From the NCBI GenBank assembly GCA_016748015.1, contig JAAOMT010000220.1, positions 1-20,331 of the forward strand: a stretch of 20,331 nucleotides of DNA, read 5' to 3'. Positions 1-10,188 of this stretch are shown here, piece after piece. Positions within the stretch are counted from its first letter, which is position 1; the number at the start of each line of letters is the position of its first letter. Below the pieces are notes generated by a model, which saw only the letters and a list, made by a program, of their open reading frames with translations, was not told the DNA's origin and did not search any database. This stretch comes from Geosiphon pyriformis uo1 (lineage: Eukaryota; Fungi; Glomeromycota). Made by a program: the position numbers and the translations under genes.

Positions 1-118
1 AAATCTTTATTTAATAAACTAAAAAAACTTAAACCAAGAACAAAATTGAAAATAGATTTTATTTTCAATAAAAAAGTTATATATATGATAATTAATAAAT
101 TATGCAAAAATACGAAAT

Positions 119-661
119 AATAATTATTGTTAATTAAAGTATAAAATTTATTAATAGAGAAAAAATATATAAATAACTATTAGTAATTTATAATATAATT
201 AAAAGAGCTCTTAAGATATTGCAATCTATATACAGTTCTCCCAAAAAGTAATAGCAAAGTATTTTTTTATTTTTATTTTTTTTATACATAATAATTTCTG
301 TTTAAATTTTAATATTAAATAGATATATAAATAAAGAATATATATACAAAAAATTAATATTTACTATGTCTTTCTTTTANNNNNNNNNNNNNNNNNNNNT
401 AATAATTATTGTTAATTAAAGTATAAAATTTATTAATAGAGAAAAAATATATAAATAACTATTAGTAATTTATTATATAATTAAAAGAGCTCTTAAGATA
501 TTGCAATCTATATACAGTTCTCCCAAAAAGTAATAGCAAAGTATTTTTTTATTTTTATTTTTTTTATACATAATAATTTCTGTTTAAATTTTAATATTAA
601 ATAGATATATAAATAAAGAATATATATACAAAAAATTAATATTTACTATGTCTTTCTTTTA
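119..661. other. Scaffold gap (20 N at 380-399) flanked by a near-identical ~260-bp direct duplication (119-379 vs 401-661); likely unmerged contig overlap
   Basis: Sequence aataattattgttaattaaag...ctatgtctttctttta appears immediately before and after the N run with about one mismatch. Confidence 0.85.
515..543 (+). repeat. Left terminal inverted repeat of the Tc1-like element (also duplicated at ~233-261 by the gap artefact)
   Basis: TA|CAGTTCTCCCAAAAAGTAATAGCAAAGTA aligns without gaps to the reverse complement of 19457-19485; differences are nearly all transitions. Confidence 0.8.
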
Positions 662-1260
662 CACTAATACAATCTTGAATTCGATTTCGCATATTAATAA
701 TACAGTTAAAAATAGTTTTATTAGACAGATTATTCTATTCTTCTTCTACTATTGTAATAAAAATTATTTGAGAGATATTTTTTTTGTGTGCTATTTTTGG
801 AATGACTTTTTTCTCAACATTTTGATTTTAAGAATAGCCCAAATATTCTTAATTGAATTGAAATCTAAACTATATGATGGCCAAGACAAAATGTAATTTG
901 GCAGTTGCATTTTTTGAAGTATGTTTTAAATTGTTATTATGCTGAAAAATTCAACATTGTTGTCTATATATGCTAATTATATTATAATATAAATTTTTAT
1001 TGAAAATTTTATATTTCAACTTTTCTATATGTACAAATTGCTTCTTATATATAAAGTTTAAATAGATGTTTTACTACTAGTACAATAAGTTTACTTGAAT
1101 GAAACCAAGCCAAGCAAGTATTTCGAAATATTTGTAAAGTTTTTTTATTTAAAAATACTATTTTACATTAATTATAATTAGAATATTCTTGAACTTATAC
1201 TAATTAGTTTTGTTTGGTTTGTTCAATAAGTAGAAGTACACATCTTAGTAAAACAGCTAT
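636..1260 (-). pseudogene. Tc1-like DDE transposase, C-terminal/catalytic part
   Basis: Manual minus-strand translation gives IVFLNKKTLQIF (~VFSDE), FQHNNNLKHTSK (~FQQDNDPKHTSK), SWPSYSLDFNSIKNIWAILK (~WPSYSPDLNPIENIW) and ends RIQDCISVKERHSKY* (~GGHTKY). Contains stops and small deletions. Confidence 0.9.
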
Positions 1261-2182
1261 TGTTACTTATAGAAAAGAGTATAAGAAAAAAAGTAAAAAA
1301 ACAGATAAAATAATAGACCAATAGGAGAATAGTACTTAATAAGTAAGCACAATGTTAGAAAATTATAACATATTGCTTAGCAATATGTATATTGTTAGTA
1401 AATTATAGCACATTGCTTAGCAATAAGCACATTATTAGAAAATTATATCATATTGTTCAGCAATATACATACTATCAAAAAAATTAAAACATACTGTAAA
1501 AAAATATGTAATCTTATATAACAAAAATTATGTATATATAGTAAAAGTATTAAAAACAAAAAAAAAGACAAAATTCTAAATCTTCAATATCTTTTTTTCA
1601 AAAAATAGTTTTCTATAACTTAAAATAGAATTATATTAATATTAATAAAATATCTACTTAATATTTAAATCCATATTATCATTATTTAATTAAGAATATT
1701 AATCAATTTTATTCTATCAACACTTCATATTAATAGTATCTAATACTTAACCATACTAGACCAATAGTTCTTAATTATTACTATTGATAAGATACTAATT
1801 TCTTATTTTTTTTTCTTATTTTCTTTTATTTTTTTTTTATTTTTGTTTGTTTTATTTTTTTATTGTTTACTAATTGATTAAAAAGATTAAGTGATGAGTA
1901 TTTGATATTAAGAATAACTTAGTAAAAAACCCAAAAATAAGAGTAGAAATTTAAGGATAACTTACCAAAAAAACACAACTGTCAGAATAAATTGGCCATT
2001 ATGTTAAAGAAAAAAATTCACAGAATATAGCTTCCAAAAAGATACAAAACATTAATTAAATCTCTGTTTATTATACAAAAGACTTAACCAAAACCTTTAA
2101 AAAATATTAATATTCACAACTATTAAGTATCAAGTTATAAGTTTGTTATTTGTTCTAACATTCCAAATAATTATCTATAATA
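1261..2182 (+). repeat. 5' LTR (922 bp)
   Basis: Colinear with 17995-18965. Starts tgttac, ends ataata, followed by tt-tggtgc PBS. Confidence 0.92.
1345..1497 (+). repeat. 40-bp tandem repeat in 5' LTR (3 copies plus a partial copy)
   Basis: Units at 1345, 1385 and 1425, e.g. aagcacaatgttagaaaattataacatattgcttagcaat. Confidence 0.85.
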
Positions 2183-2184
2183 TT

Positions 2185-2202
2185 TGGTGCTTCTTGTGAA
2201 AT
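2185..2202 (+). promoter_or_regulatory. Primer-binding site (tRNA primer; identity uncertain, elongator Met or Ile-like)
   Basis: TGGTGCTTCTTGTGA starts 2 nt after the LTR end. TGG is complementary to the tRNA CCA end. Confidence 0.7.
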
Positions 2203-2222
2203 ATAATTCAGCAGAAAATTAG

Positions 2223-3900
2223 CACCAACAACAATTATCTGAAACAGTGGCAGAATCAAAAAAAATAGGAACAAACCACTTGAAATTTGCTAAAGTTTTA
2301 TTCTAATACTATCAAACTTACCTTAAATTAACAAGTAGCTATTGGTCAGCAGAATTAGCTTTCAATTTCTACATTAACAAAAAGATTAAATCCTACTTAA
2401 AAGACCAAGAAAATCTAAAAGCAGCCTTTAATAAATTCTATAATAAATTACTCCAAAACATCACACTTTTATAAAATTATTTGTTTACTCCACTAATTAC
2501 AGAAATCAACAAAAAAATTAAGAATCACATCTGACAGAAATTTTCTATTATCTTTACAGACAACAAAAAAAAATTACAAATACCAACAGAAACACCAAAA
2601 AAAATACAACTGCTTATATAGAAAAAACCAAAAATAATTTTACCTATTTACCTGTTATATTATTATATATCAAGAAGTACTATCCACATACCATCAAGAC
2701 TCATATTACAGTAATATCAAAAACATTATTACTCAGATTACTGTTCTAAAATTAACAAGAAAAAACCAGGTTATTAGAAATCTATAATGATTTCTTTAAA
2801 AGATTTAAATTGCAATCAACAACACCATTAAAAATTTAATCTTTGTCACTTTAAACAAATTTCGAATTTACCAGTCAATAGAAAGATACTAAATCAGAAA
2901 AAAAACACAGTAATCAGAGAAATAATAGTCAAAATTTAATCTCCAATAATCTGAAAGTTCAAATTCCAATTGTTCTAACTCAGCAAAACTTAAACAATTT
3001 AAACCCAGCTCTTATTATCTCACAAAATTTACTTTTGATAAATTTGATCAATCAACTACTAATTACAGCAATTGCCACTTTACAACAATCATAACAACAA
3101 TAACAACACCTTCTACCAATAATATTTGTATCTATTTTCAAACTTAAAAAATTCACCAGTAAAAAAGACAATGCTTAAGCATAACTTAACAACATAGCCA
3201 AAGCAATTACTGTTAATAATTAGAACAATACTAAAACTTTTTAAGTTATTCTCTATTTTTTATAAAATACTACCAAATTATGATATCAGAATCTTATTAA
3301 CAAGCCACAAATCTTTAACATGTTTAAAACCACATTTCTATAATATTTTAGTAATAATAATAGTATTAACTATTTGTTAACTAGTTTTATTACAATTAAA
3401 CAAAGAGACACAGAAACAGTTACTACATATTTGGAATATTTTCATCAAAATTTGCACCAGATTTATGCAATTAAAACTGAATATTTTACAGTACCACAAA
3501 TTTTGAATTAATTTATTTATGAATTATACAGTAGCTTTTTGTAATAAATACATTCAATATAGCCTAATATTATCTAAGACACAGTTACTTATGCCAAAGA
3601 TTTTGAATTAATTGAACTTAAAACCAATTATGCTTAAGCTGTAAATCTAGTAATAAACAGATCATCTGAATTGGATACTAAATTGAAACAATTTAGTAAT
3701 TTGATCAATCAGAAGTTAGAAAAGTACTTAATTAACAATTAGGCAATTTATCAATCTCTACAATATTATAAGAATTAAAAAAATTCCAATTGCTTCCAAT
3801 AACAGTCATGTCTATTATTATCATCAAATTAACTATAATAACAAAAAACACATAATTGCTACTACTATAATAAACAAAGCCAATTAAAAGCAGATTGTTG
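2223..3900 (+). pseudogene. gag: Gag: N-terminal extension, retrotransposon capsid domain (~3115-3640), decayed CCHC knuckle (3857-3898)
   Basis: KLKKFTSKKDNA...W/*YQNL...TIKQRDTETVTTYL...FIYEL (Retrotrans_gag-like). The knuckle reads CYYYNKQSQLKADC, a decayed CX2CX4HX4C. Confidence 0.8.
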
Positions 3901-4489
3901 CTTAAAAAAAATAAACAATAATCAGAAAATCAATATCAAAACTTTGATTACAGGTTTCAAATCCTAAACTATGCCAATATATTATTAATCAAGACAATAT
4001 CTATTACCTTACATATTAATAATACAACAACTAATATACTTACTTCCAATCTATTAAACTCTAATACTGGTAATTTATTAAGTTCTATAGCCACAAATAA
4101 TTTATCAACTTTAACAAATTCTAGCATCATTCCAAATTATAGTGCCAACCAAAAACCAAAGACTAAGAATTATTTACACTCAACAAAATTGGAGATTGAT
4201 GATGGTTATGTATCAACCAATTTCCAGTTCATTAAACCAATTATTAGAATCATATTTTAAGAATTCGGAAAGTGGGTACATTCAAAATCTGAATTCTCAA
4301 AACTATTTAAGCCTTCTGGCTGTAACAAAAAACACTTTACCCAACCACTTAGAAACCAATTCAATAATACTTACCAACAACATCTCATTAGCAGTCATTA
4401 CAAAAAACAAATTACTTACAGTCATCTTTCTTTTTAATTTAGAAAAATCAGCTATGATAACTCTGTTTAGTAGAGTTATGCTTGATGTC

Positions 4490-4880
4490 AAACCAATTAC
4501 TGCCATATATATTGATGCCAAAGTTGATGGCCATTCTATCAAATTAATCTTTAATAATAGTTTAGTAAGCAGTATTATTACATAACAACTTATGAACCAA
4601 TTAGGTTGTCAAGTTAATTAAGCTATTAGTGCTAAAATTATTACTACTGATAAAACAACAAAGACTCCAATTGGTGAAATTGACAACTTTTTTTTTAATT
4701 AACAGTATTGTCATGTCTATTAAGATTTTTGTTATAGAAGTTATACAGTACTAAGCACTAGTTGGTAATAACTGGCTATTTAAGATCAATATTGTACTTA
4801 ACTGGACTATTCAAGAGCTATAGGTTAGTTAAAATGGTCAGCAAACTTGAATATCAGCTTCTTGTGGCTATTTTAAACCA
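4490..4880 (+). pseudogene. pol: Retropepsin-like aspartic protease domain of Pol
   Basis: AKVDGHSIKLIFNNSLVSSII: DSG has become NNS at 4553-4561 by G>A changes. A downstream ALVGNNWL motif (LG-D-L type) is present. Confidence 0.85.
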
Positions 4881-5104
4881 ACTACTATGTATTTATTGAT
4901 AAAATTTAAGAAAGAAGAAAAAAAATCTATCTGGAAAGCTTATTAAGTTTTATGGGCCAAAGAATATTACAACAAATTACTATCAATCTTGATCTGAAAA
5001 GAAAAAAAAAAGAGAAAAAAAAAGAAAAGAAACAATTTTAAGCCACTACTATAATATATACTTTGTATGTTATTACACTACTAAAACAACTAAATTATTA
5101 TTAA

Positions 5105-5735
5105 TCCAAACTAATATACATTAATTGTGGCAAAAAATTGTTAACAATGGATGTATATTATAGTAATAACAAAGAATGGCCAATAGCAACCAAATATTAT
5201 TATCACCTATATATTTTTAAATACTTTAGATAACTCAATTAACAAGTAAAATAAGACAATAAGTCTTGTTTTATATGTGAAACAACTTTTTTCAATGAAA
5301 AATGTGGAATAATATTTTTGGATAAGGAAAAACATATGACAAAACATGCCAATATATGATTCTAATCAATAATTGGATATAAAAAAAGACTTCAATTAAT
5401 GTTGTCTGAAAATAAGCACTTATATATTTAAGAAGCTGTTCATACAACAAACACAAGATTTGGAGAATGGCAAGTGCAAAAGTTAAAAATACTTTATTTA
5501 AAGAAATACTGAAAATTAAAAATAATTCATTAATCTTTTCAGAACCCAAATTTGTCTTAATTTTTAATGTTTTTAATATATTATGAACAATTCCATGAGC
5601 ACTACCAAAACCTAATACTGACTAAAAAAGAGCAAAAGCAAAAACTAAAACAATTAAATATAAGACTATGCAAATATTGCTTAATTCTTAGTAACTTCAA
5701 ATATTATAACAATTGTAATCTTATTTACAATTCAT
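5105..5735 (+). pseudogene. Cys-rich (multiple CxxC) domain of unknown function within Pol
   Basis: YINCGKK (5117-5128), CFIC (5267-5278), CKYC (5669-5680) and YNNC. The Tyr codons are one G>A change from Cys. Confidence 0.6.
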
Positions 5736-5959
5736 TATCTTATATAATCTATTTAATTCTCAAAGAAAAAAAACCAATTAGTAAGTGTACAGCAGAATTA
5801 AAATCAAAATTTAATTGTAATCTAGACTTTGATAATAATAACAACAATAGTTCTAACTCTATTTAAAATGGCAATAACAATAACAATAATTTAACCTCCA
5901 ATAAAAACTTTGAACAATATGTCATGCTTTCAGATCTTTCAAAAGAACAGAAACTCAAA

Positions 5960-6380
5960 TAGTTTAGTAACAATAATAAAAGTATTATATTAAAATGCAT
6001 ATATAATACCAATACAGAGTTTGATCTTAAATATTCAGAAAAAACTGTTATTTAATTGGAACTTTATTTGTGTACCAGTATAGATTTAAAACTAGTACTG
6101 AAAATTCTGACAACAACAATAGTCTAACTAGTCTTTAGATCTAGTTAAGCAAAAAAAAGAATTAATATTAAAGGAAATATAATTGATACAGAATATATAG
6201 AAAATATTATTATAATACTACAAAATAATTCAGAAAAAGGATACATAATTAAATCAAATAAAAAAATAGCACTGACAATATTTTTGTCTTTGGCTAAAAT
6301 AATTTAATTAGTGTTAGTAAAAATAAGGGAAAAGTTAGGGATTATAGCAAAAAAAATAAAAAAATTTGGATCAATAAGTA
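5960..6380 (+). pseudogene. Trimeric-type dUTPase domain of Pol
   Basis: All five motifs occur in order in decayed form: TEFDL (AGFDL), FRSS*A (SRSSLA), GNIIDTEYIENI (GIID.GY.G), KIALT (KIAQ) and KKIKKFGSIS (RG..GFGSTG). Confidence 0.85.
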
Positions 6381-6949
6381 AAATAGACATATTAGTTAAT
6401 ATGATAAAAAATAAAACTATTAATAAAAAAACTATTTTTACTAATCAATTTATTTCTATTTTTTCATATGACAAGTATAAGTTAATCGTAAAAAAAAGGG
6501 TAAAAAACCAATTTCAAATTTTTGAAGCTGAAACAAACATTTGTAAATTAAGAAAAATTGCTATTACCAATTTATATATATTAGTTAAGAACAACAAACA
6601 CATTAAGATTCCAATATATAACACAATTAGAGACTTTATAAAAATACCAAGTGGAATTATCATTGTACACTTAAGCACTAAAGTTGAGAATCAAGTATTC
6701 ACCATTATTTCAGATTTCTTATAATTATACAGATATGTGAATATTATATTACAAGCAATATATAAATGAAAAAAATATTATTTGCTACAACCAGAACAAT
6801 TAGAGCAAATGAACTTAGAAAATTTAAACCCATTTCAATGTATATAGCTCAAGATGTTACTTAACAATTTTACTAATATTTTTATCAGCAAAAATAATTT
6901 TTAACAAAACAGACATTATTCAGTATTAAATCAAAACTAGAAATGCAAT

Positions 6950-7580
6950 ATCAATTAAATAAAAAACATACAAAATACTATTTACTAACCATAAAATCAT
7001 CTAATAAAAAATTAACAGAATGTTGAACAACAGATTAATTTAATCATCAATAAGCCATGATTATTACCAGTAATACTTATTTAGAAAAAAAATAGAAAGA
7101 TTCACTTTTGTATAGACTACAAAAAACTCAACAGTATTATTTATAGAAACAACTATCTAACTCCATAAATACAAAAATTATTTGATGCTTTTGGAAGAAA
7201 AAAATAGTTCTCCATATTAGACTTGGACAGTAAATATTGGCAAGTAGTTATGAATCTAGCTGACAAAAAAAAACCACATTTACCACCAAAAAAAAAATTT
7301 CAAATTTAATATTATGTTTTTTGGCTTAATTAATACTCCAGCCACTTTCCAATAACTTATAAAAATTGTTTAACTAGATTACTATGGAAGTTAATAGTAG
7401 TCTACTTAAATAACATTAATGTGTTCTCAGAAACATTTAATAATCATTTTTATCATCTTTAACAGATATTTAAAAAATTAAAAAAAGCTAAATTAAAATT
7501 GAATACAATTAAATGCTTCTTTGGAAAAACTAAACTCAAGTTTTTGGAATATGTTATAAGCAAAAATGGCATCAAAACAG
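6950..7580 (+). pseudogene. pol: Reverse transcriptase domain (Gypsy type)
   Basis: HFCIDYKKLN, FSILDLDSKYWQV, MFFGLINTPATFQ, VYLNNINV (YLDD at 7403-7414) and KCFFGKTKLKFLEY. Confidence 0.92.
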
Positions 7581-7799
7581 ACCCAGACAAAATTGAAATA
7601 ATTAAAAACTTTCTAGTACCAACAAACTTAACAAACTAAAAGCATTCTTGGGATTTGTTGAATGTTATTACCATTTTATCCAAAACTTCAAACTGGCTTA
7701 ATCACTTTACTAGTTCCAAGTCAAGAATATTAAATATAAATAGATTAAAACCCAACAAAAAGCTTTTGATATATTAAAAAGAAAGCTTATTTAAGCTCT

Positions 7800-9150
7800 A
7801 ATACTAATTTATTCAGATTATAACAAACCATTTATCATTACTATTAATGTATTTGATTAAGTATTAGGAACCATACTGTCTTTAAAAAAAATCAAATAAA
7901 CTAGAATATCTAATGGCATATGTAAGCCAAAGTTTGAGTCCAGCTGAAAAAAACTATAAAACTCTAGCATTAAAACACTTAGCTATCTATTAGGCTGTCA
8001 TAAAATAAAAACCATATTTAAGTCAAAAATTTAATGTGTACACTAATTACAAAGAATTGACATTAATCCAGAAGCAAAAATTTGGAAATGATTACTATTG
8101 TTATCAGTAGAATTTTAACTATTAATTAGCATGAAATTACCCTTATAATTCCTATTATTAATTAATATATATTATTATCATTTTAATTATCACTTATTAT
8201 TTAATCAAATTATCAAATATTATCATTCAATTAATAATCTAATTTGTATTATCAAAATAAAGATAATCAAATTACACAATATTTTAAATCATTTAATATT
8301 TAAAAATTCGTCGAAATTAGCAGAAATTGGCCGAAATAATTAATAGTTTGTAGAAATAATTTGTAATTTACTGAAATGTATTTTTGGTTTGCCGAAATTA
8401 AAGCAAAAAAAAAAGTGCAAGTTCAAAGACTAGTACTACAACAATTTTTATAAAAAAAGAGCTTCTTTCTTCAAAAAAATGTATTTTACCATAGTATTTT
8501 ACTTTAGATATCTTAATTAAAACAAATCATCTTTTACATATAACAAATAAAAATTAAATATTCGAAAACCAAAACCTTTAATTATTACACTTGAAATTTC
8601 CTCAACACAACTGACATTTTGAAATTGATTAGCTACCAATTTCAGTAATCTGTTAATAACTTCAGGCCTGAATAGAAAACGTTTCTCTTGACAAAATTCT
8701 ATTTCTTTTACATTTTGTTTATTTTTTTTACTTTTCTTATTATAATTATTAAAATAGCTTACAGACAAGATTCCTGTAAAAAAGTTGACTTTTACAGCAA
8801 AGTAACTACATATTTTAGTGAGCTTCTAGATAAGCAATTTCTGGAAAAAAGTTGATGTTTACTACAATGTAACTACACAAAGTAACTGGCACGAAATTGG
8901 CCATTCTACTTATAAGCCCAGCAGTTTAAATTATAAAAGATAATTTAAAGATAAATTCAGTTATCAGAGGTCCAACTACTTCCAAAAAACGTAAATTTAC
9001 AACCAATAAGCATTAATAACATTCAAGTAAAGAGACCAAAAACCTCCAGTAATATCATGTAAAATGAAAAATATAACTATTACTATTTAATTATATTGTA
9101 TATTATAAAAAAGAAAAAAAAATGAAAATATTGATGGTTTATTGCAAATA
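7800..9150 (+). pseudogene. pol: RNase H domain of Pol, split by the solo LTR (7800-8098 and 9059-9150)
   Basis: PFIITINVFD (TDAS), AYVSQSLSPAEKNY, LKHLAIY and VYTNYK (YTDH). It resumes in frame as VK*KI*LLLFNYIVYY...NENIDGLLQ (ARW..LL.FDY..Y..G..N..DGLSR). Confidence 0.88.
8099..9054. mobile_element. Solo LTR (956 bp) of a different LTR retrotransposon family
   Basis: Termini tgttat...gtaata (TGTTAC/GTAACA type). 4-bp TSD ctat/tcat, each one transition from ccat. Excision restores the RNase H frame. No similarity to the host LTRs seen; orientation not determined. Confidence 0.75.
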
Positions 9151-9389
9151 AAACAAATCTAAAAATATTTCAAACCAAAAAATATAACAAAAAATAAATA
9201 CACAAAAATATTAACAACTCTAATATTATATCAATACTCAACAATTTAATGAAAAATTATCTCAAAAAGAACAAAACCACATAAAACAACAATCAAAATA
9301 TTTTATTATTTATTAAGATATATTATATCGAAAAAACAGAAAAGATCCAAATCAATTACTTAAAGTAATTATAGAACAAAAAAAGAAAC

Positions 9390-10054
9390 AATATTGTTTA
9401 ATATGCATACAGATCCAACAGTAGAATATTTTTATAAAAAAACAATCATAAAAAGAACCAAAAAAAATATTATTGGCCATAAATATATTCAAATATTATC
9501 TAATATGTTTAAAATTGTTATGTTTATTAGAAAAAAAAAAGAACAAAATTCAGTAAATCATTAAGACCAATTAAAATAGGACAACTATTTGATTGAATTA
9601 GAATTAACTTAGTTAGACTATTAATAATAATCAGCAAAAGCAATCATTATATAGCAATAGTCATAGATTATTTTACAAAATACCTAAAAACTAAAACAAT
9701 TCAAAGAGCAGATGCAGAATCTATTACCAAATTCATACACCAAGATTTAATTTGTTAACATAGATGTCTAAAAAAATTATCATTAAATTAAAAAATCCAC
9801 TTTGTAAACAGACTATTTACAGAATTAAGTCAAAGATTTGGAATCAAAAGACCATTATTTTTATTATATTATTCATAAACCAATGGCTTATTTAAAAAAT
9901 TCAACAAAATATTGTGTAAAACAATAGCCAAAATTAGCCAAAAAAACCAGAATAAATAGAACTTATTTATATTATCAGTATTATTTGCTTATCAGACAAT
10001 GAAGCAAAATATTATACAAGCAACACTATTTGAACTTGTCTATAGTAAAACAAC
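9390..10054 (+). pseudogene. pol: Integrase N-terminal HHCC zinc finger and DDE core
   Basis: MHTDPTVEYF...YYWP*IY...NCYVY (HHCC), IRINLVRL (GIDLVGPL), DYFTKY, YYS*TNGLFKKFNK (YHPQTNGLVERFN), VLFAYQT and TLFELVYSK. Confidence 0.9.
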
Positions 10055-10188
10055 TTCTTTCTCTTCTTTGTTTAAAATTCCCAATAAAGAGTCAAAAGTT
10101 TTTTTAAAAGAAGTTTTTTACCATTCAGTACAATAAATCAAAATCATTTTTCGATTACAAGACCACTATTGGCCCTGTTATTGCTGTT

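Noticed and set aside
119-661. 260-bp direct repeat containing a second copy of the Tc1 left TIR and stop codon
   Set aside because: It abuts a 20-N gap and is almost identical, whereas true repeats here are far more diverged; most likely an assembly overlap.
648-896. 82-aa plus-strand ORF
   Set aside because: Antisense shadow of the transposase C-terminus.
1345-1497. CRISPR-like periodic palindromic repeats
   Set aside because: No unique spacers, no cas genes, and located inside eukaryotic LTRs.
3960-4440. Second long, mostly open frame overlapping the gag-protease linker (possible frameshift site)
   Set aside because: Decay and A-run indels prevent assigning the ancestral frames, and no convincing slippery site plus structure was seen.
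8517-8768. 83-aa minus-strand ORF inside the solo LTR
   Set aside because: No recognisable motifs; compatible with chance.
8091-9087. 9-bp direct repeat attactatt suggesting a Mutator/hAT-type TSD around the RNase H insert
   Set aside because: Those boundaries break the frame and delete the RW..LL motif. The 8099-9054 boundaries give LTR termini and restore the frame.
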